A DNA stretch of 64,000 bases from an uncultured Pelagibacteraceae bacterium (GCA_902579585.1 CACHHJ010000001.1:7175-71174), one strand, 5' to 3'. Counted from the first letter of the stretch, positions 31,142-42,102 are shown. The notes: generated from the sequence alone by a model not told the origin. A program made the numbers and translations.

Positions 31142-32062
31142 ATGTCAAAAAAAATAGTTTTCATGGGGACCCCGGAGTTCGCAGTTCCTTCTTTGAAAGA
31201 ATTAAAAAATTCTGACTATGAAATTTTAACGGTTTACTCACAACCTGCTAGCAAAGCTAATAGAGGACAAAAGTTAACCAAATCGGAAGTTGAAATTACT
31301 TCAGAAAAATTATCCTTAAATTTGAGAACTCCTTTATTACTTGATAATGATCAAGAATATAATTTTCTTAAATCTATAAAACCAGAAATGGTTGTTGTTG
31401 TAGCTTATGGAAAAATTATTCCAAAAAGATTTTTAAATTTACCAAAATTTGGCTTTATAAATGTCCATGCATCTTTATTACCTAAATGGAGGGGGGCAGC
31501 TCCAATGCAAAGATCGATAATGAATTTAGATCATGAAACAGGAATAACAATTATGAAAATCGTAGAAGAGTTAGATGCTGGCCCAATTATTCATCAAGAT
31601 AAAATTAAAATAAATGAAAATGTTGATACTCTAAGTCTATCAAAACTTTTATCTCAATTAGGTGCTAAATCATTAATAAAAGCAATGAATAAAATTTTTA
31701 ACGGAGATATCTCTTTTCAGGAACAAAATCATAAAGAGGCAACTTATGCTAAAAAAATTTCAAAAGAAGAAGCAAAAATTAATTGGAATAATTCTGCCAA
31801 AACAATTTTAGCTAAAATTAATGGGCTTAATCCAAACCCAGGTGCATGGTTTAAATATAAAAACCAGAGATACAAGGTATGGAAAGCCAATATATCAAAT
31901 ACTTCCGGTAGTCCTGGAACAATTGTAGATAAAATGCTTACAATTGCTTGTAAAGAACAATCAATTCAAATTTTAGAGATCCAAAAAGAAGGAAAGAGCA
32001 GGCAACAAATCGATCAATTCTTGTTAGGCAATAATATTAAAATGGGCGAAAGCATAGATTAA
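31142..32062 (+). CDS. fmt: Methionyl-tRNA formyltransferase
   Basis: FMGTPEFA, NVHASLLPKWRGAAP, LDAGP. Confidence 0.98.
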   Translation: MSKKIVFMGTPEFAVPSLKELKNSDYEILTVYSQPASKANRGQKLTKSEVEITSEKLSLNLRTPLLLDNDQEYNFLKSIKPEMVVVVAYGKIIPKRFLNLPKFGFINVHASLLPKWRGAAPMQRSIMNLDHETGITIMKIVEELDAGPIIHQDKIKINENVDTLSLSKLLSQLGAKSLIKAMNKIFNGDISFQEQNHKEATYAKKISKEEAKINWNNSAKTILAKINGLNPNPGAWFKYKNQRYKVWKANISNTSGSPGTIVDKMLTIACKEQSIQILEIQKEGKSRQQIDQFLLGNNIKMGESID

Positions 32063-32802
32063 TGTTCACCTATCAAATTGATTTAGAATACCTAGGTACA
32101 AATTTCGTTGGATGGCAGTTTCAAAAGAATGGTGTTTCGGTGCAGGAAGTTTTGGAAAAAGCTTTATCTAAATTTTTAAATGACAAAATAAAAGTCATTG
32201 GATCAGGCAGAACCGATGCTGGAGTACATGCAAAAGGACAATCTGCACATTTTAAGACTAATAAAAAAATAGATTATAAAAATAATTTCATTAACTCTAT
32301 GAACTTCTTTTTACGCAAGTATCCTGTTTCCATTCTTAGCATAAGAAAAAGAACAAAGATGTTTCACGCCAGACATAGTGCAAAAAAAAGAACCTATAAA
32401 TATTTTATTATAAATAGGTTCTCATCTTTGGTTTTAGACAAAACAAAAGCTTGGCATGTTAAAAAAAAACTAAATATTAAGATTATGAGGAAAGGTGCAA
32501 AATTATTAATGGGCACCCATAATTTTTCTACATTTCGATCTTCATCTTGTCAGTCAAAATCTCCAATAAAAACTCTGAAGAAAGCACAAATTAAAAAAGA
32601 AAAAAATAAAATCATCTTCACATTTGAGTCAAAATCTTTTTTACAGCAGCAAGTAAGATCGATGGTAGGTGCAATCAAATATTTAGGTGAAGGAAAGTGG
32701 AGTTTAAAAGATTTCAAGAAGGCATTTCTATCTAAAAAAAGATCAATGTGTGCTCCTCCAGCACCTGCACATGGACTTTACCTATATGAAGTTAAGTATT
32801 GA
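32062..32802 (+). CDS. truA: tRNA pseudouridine(38-40) synthase
   Basis: GWQ, GSGRTDAGVHA, FL.QQVRSMVG, APAHGLYL. Confidence 0.98.
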   Translation: MFTYQIDLEYLGTNFVGWQFQKNGVSVQEVLEKALSKFLNDKIKVIGSGRTDAGVHAKGQSAHFKTNKKIDYKNNFINSMNFFLRKYPVSILSIRKRTKMFHARHSAKKRTYKYFIINRFSSLVLDKTKAWHVKKKLNIKIMRKGAKLLMGTHNFSTFRSSSCQSKSPIKTLKKAQIKKEKNKIIFTFESKSFLQQQVRSMVGAIKYLGEGKWSLKDFKKAFLSKKRSMCAPPAPAHGLYLYEVKY

Positions 32803-33934
32803 AGTAGTTTTTTAAAATAAGAAAGTAAATTTTAGTTAATTTTTTTAAGTCTGACACAGATACACTTTCATCAATTTTATGCATTGTTTTTCCAACAAGT
32901 CCAAATTCCAAACAAGGCGCAATATTTTTCATAAATCTTGCATCTGATGTTCCACCTGAAGTAGATAGTTTAGGTTTAATACCTGTGATTTTTTTAATTG
33001 TATTTTGAATCATATAAGTGGTTTTATTAGGTTTTGTCAAAAATGATTCACCTGAGGTTTCATATTTTATTTTAAATCTACATTTGTTACTTTTAGATAA
33101 TAATCTAAACACATTGTTTAATTTTCTTTTTAGAGAACTAGAAGAATGTCTATCATTAAATCTAATATTAAATACTGCCTCTGCAGATCCAGGAATAACA
33201 TTATCTGCATTATTATTTATATTAATTTTTGTAACTTCTAAATTTGAAGGTTGAAAATTCTTTGTACCTTTATCAAATTTAAGCTCTTTAATTTTTTTTA
33301 GAATTTTAATTAATGCGTTCGAAGGATTATTGGCTCTATGAGGGTAAGCCACATGTCCTTGCGAACCAATAATTGTAAGCCTTCCAGTCAAACTTCCTCT
33401 TCTTCCTATTTTTATCATTTCACCAAGTTTATTTGGATTTGTAGGTTCACCTACGATACAAAAGTTAATCCTTTCTCTCTTTTTTTTTAAATATTTAACA
33501 ACTCTTTTGGTTCCGTTAATCGCAATTCCTTCTTCATCTCCGGTGATTAATAAGCTGATCGAACCTTTAAAATTTTTATTTTTATTTTTAAACTTGCTCA
33601 CTGCTGCCACAAAGCATGCAATTGAAGCTTTCATATCATTAGCTCCTCTACCAATTAATCTGTTATTTTTTACAGTTGGTTTAAATGGATTAACTGTCCA
33701 TTCCTTAATATTCCCTGGCGGAACAACATCAGTGTGACCAGCGTAGCAAAAATTTGGAGAATTTTTACCAAGTTTTGCATACAAATTTTTTACATTTTTA
33801 AAATTAATCAATTTACATTTAAAACCAATAGATTTTAAATTTTTAGCTAATAAATTTATTGCTCCAGCATCTTTAGGCGTAACACTGGGTTTACGAATCA
33901 AATCTTTTGCTAATTTTAATTCACTTATTTGCAT
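32792..33934 (-). CDS. dapE: Succinyl-diaminopimelate desuccinylase
   Basis: AGHTDVVP, GRGANDMK, TGDEEG, GRRGS, GHVAYPH, GGTSDARF. Confidence 0.97.
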   Translation of the reverse strand: MQISELKLAKDLIRKPSVTPKDAGAINLLAKNLKSIGFKCKLINFKNVKNLYAKLGKNSPNFCYAGHTDVVPPGNIKEWTVNPFKPTVKNNRLIGRGANDMKASIACFVAAVSKFKNKNKNFKGSISLLITGDEEGIAINGTKRVVKYLKKKRERINFCIVGEPTNPNKLGEMIKIGRRGSLTGRLTIIGSQGHVAYPHRANNPSNALIKILKKIKELKFDKGTKNFQPSNLEVTKININNNADNVIPGSAEAVFNIRFNDRHSSSSLKRKLNNVFRLLSKSNKCRFKIKYETSGESFLTKPNKTTYMIQNTIKKITGIKPKLSTSGGTSDARFMKNIAPCLEFGLVGKTMHKIDESVSVSDLKKLTKIYFLILKNYFNT

Positions 33935-33940
33935 GATCTT

Positions 33941-34765
33941 TTAATCTCTTAACAAATCGTTTATAGAAGTTTTACTTCTAGTTTTTTCGTCTACTTTTTT
34001 TACAATTACCACACAATATAGTGATGGCCCCTTAGGATTATTTTTGCTTGGCATTGACCCTGGAACAACTACTGAGTAAGCAGGAACTTTGCCATAATGA
34101 ATTTCACCTGATGCTCGATCAATAATTCTCGTTGAGGCTCCGATGTAAACTCCCATAGATAAAACTGAGCCTTTTTCAACAATAATACCTTCTGCTATTT
34201 CTGCTCTTGCTCCCAAGAAACAATTATCCTCCACTATAGTTGGATTGGCTTGCATTGGTTCTAAAACACCACCAATACCTGCACCACCAGAAATATGACA
34301 ATTTTTTCCAACCTGAGCACATGATCCTACAGATGCCCAAGTGTCGATCATAGTTCCTTCATCAACGTATGCGCCAACATTTATAAAAGAAGGCATTAGC
34401 ACAACATTTTTAGCAATGTGAGCACCTTTTCTTATAACACCGTTAGGGACATATCTAAAACCAGCTTTCTTAACTTGTTCTTCACTCCACCCTTGGGTTT
34501 TTCCATCTACTTTATCGTACCAAGTAGAGTAGGGCCCTTTAGACGCTTTCATTTTATTTACACGAAAACTTAAAAGTATAGCTTTTTTAATCCATTGATT
34601 GACTTGCCATTTATCACCTTTCTTTTCTGCAACTCTAATTCTACCGTTATCTAATAAATCTATAGTTTCCCGGATTAACTCAGTAACCTCTTTGTTAGAG
34701 GCATCTAATTTAGCTTTATTTTCAAAAGCTTCATTTATAGATTTTTCAATTTTTTCTAAGTTCAT
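33941..34765 (-). CDS. dapD: Tetrahydrodipicolinate N-succinyltransferase
   Basis: [37 protein letters not shown]. Confidence 0.98.
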   Translation of the reverse strand: MNLEKIEKSINEAFENKAKLDASNKEVTELIRETIDLLDNGRIRVAEKKGDKWQVNQWIKKAILLSFRVNKMKASKGPYSTWYDKVDGKTQGWSEEQVKKAGFRYVPNGVIRKGAHIAKNVVLMPSFINVGAYVDEGTMIDTWASVGSCAQVGKNCHISGGAGIGGVLEPMQANPTIVEDNCFLGARAEIAEGIIVEKGSVLSMGVYIGASTRIIDRASGEIHYGKVPAYSVVVPGSMPSKNNPKGPSLYCVVIVKKVDEKTRSKTSINDLLRD

Positions 34766-35417
34766 TTATATCTTTTAAAAAAGTCGTTAAGTTTTCAGTT
34801 CTATAATTTATAAAATTTTCATTTGAATATTTTGCTGCCCAAGGTTCGTTATTTTTAATCCAAACAGTTTTCATACCTAATTCATGAGCAGGTTTCAAAT
34901 TTCTTGCAATATCCTCAATAAATATACAATATTGTGGCTCAATTTTGTATTTATCAATTAATCTTTTGTAAGTTTCCATAGCAGGTTTTGGGATAAAATC
35001 TGAGTCCACAATGTCAAAAATTCCGTCAAAAAGCTTATTAATTCCAATTCTTTTAGTTACATTTTCGGCGTGAGCCCGAGAGCCGTTAGTAAATATTATT
35101 TTTTTATCTTTTATTTTACTAAGCTCAAGCTCTAAACCTTTATCATTTTTAAGGAATTCTAAATCAATATCGTGTACAAAATCTAGAAATTCTTGCGCAT
35201 TTATCTCATGATTTTTGATCATACCATTTAAGGTCGTATTGTACTCGTGGAAATAATTTTTTTGTATTTTTTTAGCTTCATCAATGCTGACGTTTAGTTT
35301 ATCCGAAATGTATTTGGACATTCTTTTGTCAACCTGATCAAAAACTTTAGTATCACCTGAGTAAAGAGTGTTATCTAGGTCGAATAACCAGTATTTTATA
35401 TTTAATAGATCTTTCAT
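34746..35417 (-). CDS. Pyrimidine 5'-nucleotidase (HAD family)
   Basis: [27 protein letters not shown]. Confidence 0.92.
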   Translation of the reverse strand: MKDLLNIKYWLFDLDNTLYSGDTKVFDQVDKRMSKYISDKLNVSIDEAKKIQKNYFHEYNTTLNGMIKNHEINAQEFLDFVHDIDLEFLKNDKGLELELSKIKDKKIIFTNGSRAHAENVTKRIGINKLFDGIFDIVDSDFIPKPAMETYKRLIDKYKIEPQYCIFIEDIARNLKPAHELGMKTVWIKNNEPWAAKYSNENFINYRTENLTTFLKDINELRKN

Positions 35418-36283
35418 TTTCTAATAAGAGTGCCAGCACCCTGATCCGAAAAGATTTCTTTTAGTATTGATCTTGGCTTTCTACCATCGAGAATAACAAC
35501 ACCTCTCACACCATTTTCAACTGCATCAATACAATTTTTTATTTTCGGTATCATCCCCCCTTGAATAATTTTTAGTTTAACTAAATTTTCCATATCAAAG
35601 GGTTTTATTTCTGATATTAATGTTTTTCTATCATCATAAACACCTTCAACATTTGTCATTAATAAAAGTCTCCTAGATTTTAATTTCTTTGCTATAGCAC
35701 TAGCTGCAGTATCTCCATTAATATTATAAGTTTGTTTATCTTTATCTAAACCCAGCGGAGCAACAATTGGTATTTGATTTTGACTTATAATATTTTTAAT
35801 AATTTCTATATTTATTTCTTGTGGAACCCCTACAAAACCAAGCTCAGGTTGATCGGGGGTTACATTAATAATATTATTTTTTTTTGTATTTACTGATACT
35901 GCTTTAGATCCTTTTTTATTTAGTGAGTCGACAATATCATTATTAAAATCGATAAGTACCTTTTCGACAATATTTATTACATCTTTGTTTGTGACCCTTA
36001 AGCCATTAATAAACTTACTTTGAATATTACTTTTTTTTAATTCTCTTTCTATTCTTGGGCCCCCACCATGAACAATTACAATTGAAAGACCTAATTTATT
36101 TAAAACACTTATATCTTGAATAAAATTGTTAAAAATATTTCTGTCAATTAAAACATTTCCACCATACTTTATAACTATTAAGTTCTTTTTATATTTTTTA
36201 ATATATTTTGGAACATTTGTTACATCCGGTGCATCTTTGGGCCAAAATTTTTTTATTTCTTCTAAACTTTTTTCCACAGACAT
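35414..36283 (-). CDS. argB: Acetylglutamate kinase
   Basis: VIKYGG, VHGGGP, GLRVT, NINGD, GGMIPK, GAGT. Confidence 0.97.
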   Translation of the reverse strand: MSVEKSLEEIKKFWPKDAPDVTNVPKYIKKYKKNLIVIKYGGNVLIDRNIFNNFIQDISVLNKLGLSIVIVHGGGPRIERELKKSNIQSKFINGLRVTNKDVINIVEKVLIDFNNDIVDSLNKKGSKAVSVNTKKNNIINVTPDQPELGFVGVPQEINIEIIKNIISQNQIPIVAPLGLDKDKQTYNINGDTAASAIAKKLKSRRLLLMTNVEGVYDDRKTLISEIKPFDMENLVKLKIIQGGMIPKIKNCIDAVENGVRGVVILDGRKPRSILKEIFSDQGAGTLIRK

Positions 36284-37978
36284 TTATTTTGTTTTAACCG
36301 TTGTTCTCTTCATAATTACCCATTGCTGAGCTATGGTTAAAATGTTGTTAATTGTCCAATAAACAACAAGTCCTGAAGGAAAAGGTGCGAGTATAATTGT
36401 AAGAAATAACGGAAAGAACATAAATATTTTTGCTTGAATAGGATCTGGTGGTGTTGGATTAAGCTTTTGTTGCAAAAACATAGTTGCCCCCATCATTATT
36501 GGCCACGCCCCTATTATTAAAAAAGAAGGAGGATCCCATGGTATCAAACCAAAAAAATTAAATATCGATGTTGGATCCTGTGCTGACAAATCTTTTATCC
36601 AACCAAAAAATGGCTGATGTCTCATTTCAAGAGAAATAAATAGCATTTTATATATAGCAAAAAAGAAAGGTATCTGGATTAAAATTGGAAGGCACCCTGA
36701 TAACGGGTTTACTTTTTCTCTTTTATAAAGCGCCATCATCTCTTGTTGAAGTTTTACTTTGTCTTCTTTATGAAGTTCTTTTAATCTCAATAATTCAGGT
36801 TGTAATATTTTCATTTTTGCCATTGATCTAAATGAATAATTAGCAAGAGGGAAAAATAATAACCTCACCGCAGCTGTTACTAAAACAATAGCTATCCCAA
36901 AGTTTTTTGTTAGTTCGAACAAATAATTCATTATAAAAAATAGAGGTTTGGTGAAAAAGTAGAACCAACCCCAATCGATTGCTAAATCAAATTTATTTAT
37001 ACTTTCTGTTGCTGCATACCCGTCTATTACTTTAACCTCTTTGGCTGCCACAAACACTTTTGACTCCGAAGTTCCTGTCCCAGAAGGCTGAATGACCACA
37101 GGTTTGTTTTGAATGTAGTTTGCTTTAAAACCATTTTTGTATGTAAATTCTCCTTTAAATGATTGATTTTTTTCTGGTACTAAAGCTGTTAACCAATACT
37201 TATCCGTGATACCAAGCCAACCTTCTCCAGCAGAGTATTCTTTCTTTTTATCTTTAACATCATCGTAGCCCTCTTCCTCCAAGCTCTCATCGAAAACACC
37301 AATAAAACCCTCATGTAAAATATAAAAATCTAAAACATCTGGGTCTTGGTTTCTTGTTATCTGAGCATAAGGATAAAGCTCAACCCTTTTACTTGAATCA
37401 TTTTGAACTTCTTGTGTAATTCTAAATAGAAACTTTTCATCTAATTCAATTTTCTTTCTAAAGATTATTCCTAATTTATTGTTCCACTCAGCAGTAACTG
37501 GATTTCCAACTGAAAGTTTATTATTTCCTACTACTTTCCACAAAGAATTTTTTGTTGGAAGCGAAATATTGGTGATCTTGCTTGCTGCCCATCCAGTTTC
37601 AATAAAATATCCATCATTTGTTTCTGAAGGATTCAGATATTTTACCTTTTCATTTGAATCTACGTCTTTATTGTATTTTTTAAAAATAATATCATCTATT
37701 AAAAGTCCCTTTAACGAAATTGAGCCTTTTACATTTTCATTCTCAAAATTTATTCTTTTTGTTGACTTGATTGCATCATCTCTTGATATGTTCAGAACTT
37801 TTTCTTTTTCAACACTCACACTAGGTACATCAGAATCGTCACTTTCTGTATTTGTTGAACTTTTAGACTGCTCTAATTTTTTTTGTTCCTCTATTTGTGG
37901 GGTCTCGAAAATTACTGACCAACCAAATAAAACAGCAAATGAGAGAGCAATTGCAAATATTACGTTTTTTAAGTCCAT
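36284..37978 (-). CDS. yidC: Membrane protein insertase YidC
   Basis: GWLGITDKYW, IDWGWF, SMAKMK, NPLSGCLPILIQIP, GLVVYW. Confidence 0.98.
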   Translation of the reverse strand: MDLKNVIFAIALSFAVLFGWSVIFETPQIEEQKKLEQSKSSTNTESDDSDVPSVSVEKEKVLNISRDDAIKSTKRINFENENVKGSISLKGLLIDDIIFKKYNKDVDSNEKVKYLNPSETNDGYFIETGWAASKITNISLPTKNSLWKVVGNNKLSVGNPVTAEWNNKLGIIFRKKIELDEKFLFRITQEVQNDSSKRVELYPYAQITRNQDPDVLDFYILHEGFIGVFDESLEEEGYDDVKDKKKEYSAGEGWLGITDKYWLTALVPEKNQSFKGEFTYKNGFKANYIQNKPVVIQPSGTGTSESKVFVAAKEVKVIDGYAATESINKFDLAIDWGWFYFFTKPLFFIMNYLFELTKNFGIAIVLVTAAVRLLFFPLANYSFRSMAKMKILQPELLRLKELHKEDKVKLQQEMMALYKREKVNPLSGCLPILIQIPFFFAIYKMLFISLEMRHQPFFGWIKDLSAQDPTSIFNFFGLIPWDPPSFLIIGAWPIMMGATMFLQQKLNPTPPDPIQAKIFMFFPLFLTIILAPFPSGLVVYWTINNILTIAQQWVIMKRTTVKTK

Positions 37979-38227
37979 TTAATTTTTTTTCTTTTTTGGC
38001 ACAAGATCTATTCCAGAATTCCCACCTAAAATTTTTACTGGATGACATTTAGTTATTCTTCTGAAGCCCAAATATGTACCTTTTAAAGGGCCGTGTAATT
38101 CTAAAGATTCTATAAAATACTCTGAACAAGTTGGTAAAAATCTGCAGTTTTGACCCAAAATAGGAGAAATTAAAAATTTATAGGTTTTTATTAAAATAAT
38201 CAAAATATAATTTATTAATTTTATCAT
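37979..38227 (-). CDS. yidD: Membrane protein insertion efficiency factor YidD
   Basis: ISP...CRFLPTCSEY, RITKCHP. Confidence 0.95.
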   Translation of the reverse strand: MIKLINYILIILIKTYKFLISPILGQNCRFLPTCSEYFIESLELHGPLKGTYLGFRRITKCHPVKILGGNSGIDLVPKKKKN

Positions 38228-38583
38228 TATTCTTTATTTATTTTGTTAAAACTTCTTTCCATATATTTAAATAATGAATTACTATGTTCAGTGTAAATTT
38301 TCTCTTTACCAAAAATTACATAAGTATAATTTAAATTTATTGAATTATTAACTCTTAGCATTTTCTGAACTACGCCTTTTAATTTTCTTTTGATTCTGTT
38401 TCTTTTTACTGCATTTCCAACTTTTTTTTTCATTACAAAGCTTATATATAATTTTTTTTGATTACTTGCTTTTTTTATAAAATTTTTTTTACGATATATA
38501 GTATAAAAATCGTTATTTAAGACTCTGTTTTTTAAAACAGTCCCAAAATGTGAACTTTTCTTCAAGCTTTCAAGTCTTGTCAT
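38227..38583 (-). CDS. rnpA: Ribonuclease P protein component
   Basis: KKVGNAVKRNRIKRKL (RNR motif); start ATG 38583, because the longer track ORF overlaps rpmH. Confidence 0.93.
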   Translation of the reverse strand: MTRLESLKKSSHFGTVLKNRVLNNDFYTIYRKKNFIKKASNQKKLYISFVMKKKVGNAVKRNRIKRKLKGVVQKMLRVNNSINLNYTYVIFGKEKIYTEHSNSLFKYMERSFNKINKE

Positions 38584-38590
38584 TGTGTAT

Positions 38591-38725
38591 TTATGTAGAA
38601 AGTCTTTTTCGACCCTTAGCTCTTCTCCTCGCCAAAAGTTGTCTTCCAGCTTTAGTAGACATTCTGTTTCTGAAGCCATGTCTTCTTTTTCTGATTAACT
38701 TGCTTGGTTGGTAAGTTCTTTTCAT
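38591..38725 (-). CDS. rpmH: 50S ribosomal protein L34 (44 aa; absent from the ORF track)
   Basis: Translated by hand: [44 protein letters not shown]. Confidence 0.98.
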   Translation of the reverse strand: MKRTYQPSKLIRKRRHGFRNRMSTKAGRQLLARRRAKGRKRLST

Positions 38726-38803
38726 AAGATTTCTCTGGTTAGTATTAATTTTTTTGATATTTATAGGTAATAAGCTTGTATAAGTACAGTTAAAAATTAG
38801 TTT

Positions 38804-39532
38804 ATGAATATTACTTCAAGAAATTTAAAATTAGTTATTGGCGCTACTTATTTAATAGCGCTTTTTGCGGTTCTATATTTTGTATTTTCTTTTATTGATG
38901 TAAAAGATCTTTCAAATTATGAATTCATTAGAGCTTACAAAGAAAGCATTTTTCAGTATAAAAATAATAATCTATTTTTACTCACTATAGTCTTTTTTAT
39001 TTTTACGATAATTTGGATATTACTTTTAGGTTTTGCAGGCCCGATCCTACTTTTTGCTGGATTCGTTTATGGTAAATGGTTTGGAATCTTGATTGTATTA
39101 ACCGCAACAACGATTGGTGCAACTCTTTTATACATTTTAGCAGGACTGTTTTTTAGAGATTTAATAAGAGAAAAATTGGAACATAGGTTTTCTAATTTAA
39201 AAAGTTTCTTTAAAAAAAATGAATTATTTTATTTTCTAATGTACAGGTTTGTCGGAGGTGGTGGGGTACCATACGGAATTCAAAACGTCTTACCAGTATT
39301 ATTCGATATTTCTATAAAAAATTATTTTTTGGGTACTCTTATTGGGAGTGGTCCATTAATGTTTGTAAGCGTTGCTTTAGGTTCTGGTATAGAGAGTTTT
39401 ATTGATAAAAATGAAGAATTAAGTATTTTTGCAGTAATTACTTCGCCAGATATATATTTACCCATCTTAGCTTTTTTTATTGTTATCTTACTTGCATTTA
39501 TTTTTAGAAAATTTATTTTTAAAAAAAATTAA
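38804..39532 (+). CDS. DedA/VTT (TVP38/TMEM64) family membrane protein
   Basis: [33 protein letters not shown]. Confidence 0.85.
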   Translation: MNITSRNLKLVIGATYLIALFAVLYFVFSFIDVKDLSNYEFIRAYKESIFQYKNNNLFLLTIVFFIFTIIWILLLGFAGPILLFAGFVYGKWFGILIVLTATTIGATLLYILAGLFFRDLIREKLEHRFSNLKSFFKKNELFYFLMYRFVGGGGVPYGIQNVLPVLFDISIKNYFLGTLIGSGPLMFVSVALGSGIESFIDKNEELSIFAVITSPDIYLPILAFFIVILLAFIFRKFIFKKN

Positions 39533-39533
39533 T

Positions 39534-39689
39534 ATGAAAAAAATTGACTCTTTTGTTTGGTTAATTTGGTTTTTATTAGTTATAGCATGGAATTATGGTT
39601 ATCCAGCAGCTACACCTTTTTTAGATGTGCTAGTGGCACTTATTTTATCAATTTTAAATATGCTTATATTAAAATTTATTAAGAAATAG
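39534..39689 (+). CDS. 51-aa two-TM hypothetical membrane protein
   Basis: MKKIDSFVWLIWFLLVIAWNYGYPAATPFLDVLVAL...; fits between its neighbours with 1-2 nt gaps. Confidence 0.75.
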   Translation: MKKIDSFVWLIWFLLVIAWNYGYPAATPFLDVLVALILSILNMLILKFIKK

Positions 39690-39691
39690 TT

Positions 39692-41146
39692 ATGGATATA
39701 AATTATTTAAAAGCCGCGCTGTCTCACCACAGCAAAGGAAACTGGAATAAAGCACAAGAAATTTATCAGCATCTTTTGAAAGAAGATCCAAACAATTATG
39801 CAGTACTTCAAAATTATGGACCTTTATTGGCACAACTTAGGGAGTACAAATTAGCTAAAGGTGTTTTTCAAAAATGTTTAAAGCTAAAGCCAAAAGACTC
39901 TTTAATGTTATACAATTATGGAAAATTTTTTCATGACCAAAAAATTTATGAAAAAGCCATTGAATACTACAATAAATCATTTGAAATCAATCCTAAGAAT
40001 GCTATGTCGCAATATAATATTGGAAATATTTACTTTGCACAAAAAAATTTTAATTCTGCTATTGAGTATTACAAAAAAGCAACTGAGGTTAATCCCTCAC
40101 ATTTTTTTGCATACAATAATATAGCTCTTTCATTGAAAAAATTAGGCAAATTTGATGAGGCCTTAAAATTTTATAAAAAAGCAATTGATATAAACAAGGA
40201 TTTTGTAGATGGCCATGTTAATTACGGCACCTTGCTTTTACTAACAAACAAATTAGAGTTAGGTTTTAAAGAATACGAGTGGAGAAAAAAAAGTAAAATT
40301 TTTTCTGATTATTTATACTATTCTAAATTACAAATTAAAACTCCTATTTGGGTAGGGCAAAATTTACAAAAAAAAACTATTTTAATATTTTCCGAACAGG
40401 GAATTGGGGATTTAATTCAATTTTCCAGATACCTATTTGTTTTGAGAGATAGATTTTCATGCAAAGTTATACTTAGGTTAAAACAAGATCTCGCACATTT
40501 TTTTGATGACTCATTAAAAATAATTACAGAAAAAGATGAAATACCAAAGCATGATTTCCATAATCATTTAGCAAGTCTCCCAGGGATTTTTTATAATAAA
40601 AATAAAAACTTTCCTAAAAATGTAAACTTTATAAGAGAAAATAAGGAAATTAATCAAAAATGGAGTAAAATTTTAAATAAATATAAAGGACTAAAAGTAG
40701 GGATAAACGCAACAGCTTCATCTGCTACGACTGGTGATAGAATAATTCCGATAGAAAATTTTAAGATTCTAACTAATTTAAAAAATATAAATTTTTTTAT
40801 TGTTCAAAAAGACTTAAATAAAAACGATGTTAAAATAATTAATCAAAATTCAAATGTTAATTATTTTGAAGATCTAGATAAACTAGGAAATCCATTCGAA
40901 GATACAATCGGTTTGGTGAAAAACTTAGACCTAGTAATAACTGCCGATACTTCTTTAGGGCATTTATCTGCAACCTTAGAAAAACCAACCTGGATTGCCC
41001 TCTCTTTAATTAATGATTGGAGGTGGTTTCAAAATGAAAAAAAATCTATTTGGTATGATAGCGTTAAATTGTTTAGACAAAAAGAAATTGGAAATTGGCA
41101 ACAGGTTTTTAAGTTAATATATAAAGATTTAGAAAAAAAGTTATGA
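39692..41146 (+). CDS. TPR-repeat protein with a C-terminal GT-B (GT9-like) domain
   Basis: About 5 TPRs, then GFKEYEWR, EQGIGDLIQF, DLVITADTSLGHL, DWRW...WYDSVKLFRQ. Confidence 0.88.
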   Translation: MDINYLKAALSHHSKGNWNKAQEIYQHLLKEDPNNYAVLQNYGPLLAQLREYKLAKGVFQKCLKLKPKDSLMLYNYGKFFHDQKIYEKAIEYYNKSFEINPKNAMSQYNIGNIYFAQKNFNSAIEYYKKATEVNPSHFFAYNNIALSLKKLGKFDEALKFYKKAIDINKDFVDGHVNYGTLLLLTNKLELGFKEYEWRKKSKIFSDYLYYSKLQIKTPIWVGQNLQKKTILIFSEQGIGDLIQFSRYLFVLRDRFSCKVILRLKQDLAHFFDDSLKIITEKDEIPKHDFHNHLASLPGIFYNKNKNFPKNVNFIRENKEINQKWSKILNKYKGLKVGINATASSATTGDRIIPIENFKILTNLKNINFFIVQKDLNKNDVKIINQNSNVNYFEDLDKLGNPFEDTIGLVKNLDLVITADTSLGHLSATLEKPTWIALSLINDWRWFQNEKKSIWYDSVKLFRQKEIGNWQQVFKLIYKDLEKKL

Positions 41147-41231
41147 TTTAGCTATTTAGTTGACCAAAGTAAAAATGAGCTTGCATATTAGCATTCTTCA
41201 AAGTAAAACATAATAAAACTATGGTGCTAAA

Positions 41232-41426
41232 ATGGGTATTCATTACGATTATAAATCAACTAGAGGCGAAAAAGCTTTGAAAAAAGAAGCCAAAAGGAAA
41301 GCTCGTTTAGAACAGAGAAAAGCAAAAAGGAATCTCAAATCTAAAACTGAGAACGTTGAGGATAAAATGCATGATATTCAAAAAACCATAACTTTGGATG
41401 ATTTAACAAATCCAGACAAAAATTAA
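41232..41426 (+). CDS. 64-aa basic hypothetical protein
   Basis: ORF with an upstream TTGCAT-N17-TAAAAC candidate promoter (41181-41209). Confidence 0.65.
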   Translation: MGIHYDYKSTRGEKALKKEAKRKARLEQRKAKRNLKSKTENVEDKMHDIQKTITLDDLTNPDKN

Positions 41427-41431
41427 ATTAA

Positions 41432-41548
41432 ATGAAAATTGTTGAAAGAAAAGAGAAATCTTTTTTACGAAAAGAATCAGCCTTAAAATTAAATTTAAAA
41501 AAAAGAAAGAAAATTAGAGATAAATATAAAATTAAAAAAAAAACATGA
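41432..41548 (+). CDS. 38-aa basic microprotein [38 protein letters not shown]
   Basis: Translated by hand; TGA overlaps the dcd ATG (ATGA); ALxxNLKKRK motif. Confidence 0.6.
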   Translation: MKIVERKEKSFLRKESALKLNLKKRKKIRDKYKIKKKT

Positions 41549-42099
41549 CAGTATTATCTGATAAATGGATTAAAAAAATGGCTAAGAGTAATAAAATGAT
41601 TACTCCATTCGTGCCAAAACAAGTCAGAAAAGGAAAAATATCTTTTGGTTTGTCTTCGTACGGTTATGACGCTCGAGTTTCTAATGATTTTAAGGTTTTC
41701 ACAAATGTCAACTCCGCTGTAGTGGATCCAAAAAATTTTAAAAAGGACAGTTTTATTTCAAGAAAATCGAATACATGCGTTATTCCCCCAAATTCATTTG
41801 CTTTAGCAAGAACAGTTGAATATTTTAAAATTCCAGAAAATGTAATGGTAATATGTTTAGGTAAATCAACATACGCAAGATGTGGAATTATAGTTAATGT
41901 CACACCATTAGAGCCAGGTTGGGAAGGTTATGTGACCCTTGAGTTTTCAAACACAACACCTTTGCCAGCAAAAATTTATGCCAATGAAGGTGCAGCACAA
42001 TTTGTATTTATTAAAGGAAACGAAAAACCAGACGTGTCATACTCAAAAAGAAAAGGCAAGTATATGAAGCAAAAAGGCGTAACACTTCCTAAAATCTAA
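41545..42099 (+). CDS. dcd: dCTP deaminase
   Basis: [39 protein letters not shown]. Confidence 0.98.
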   Translation: MTVLSDKWIKKMAKSNKMITPFVPKQVRKGKISFGLSSYGYDARVSNDFKVFTNVNSAVVDPKNFKKDSFISRKSNTCVIPPNSFALARTVEYFKIPENVMVICLGKSTYARCGIIVNVTPLEPGWEGYVTLEFSNTTPLPAKIYANEGAAQFVFIKGNEKPDVSYSKRKGKYMKQKGVTLPKI

Positions 42100-42102
42100 T
42101 TA

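Noticed and set aside
38584..38679. N-terminal extension of RnpA shown in the track
   Set aside because: This region is rpmH in another frame.
41165..41208. CAAAGTAAAA direct repeat in a promoter region
   Set aside because: Only 10 bp and A-rich, so plausibly chance.
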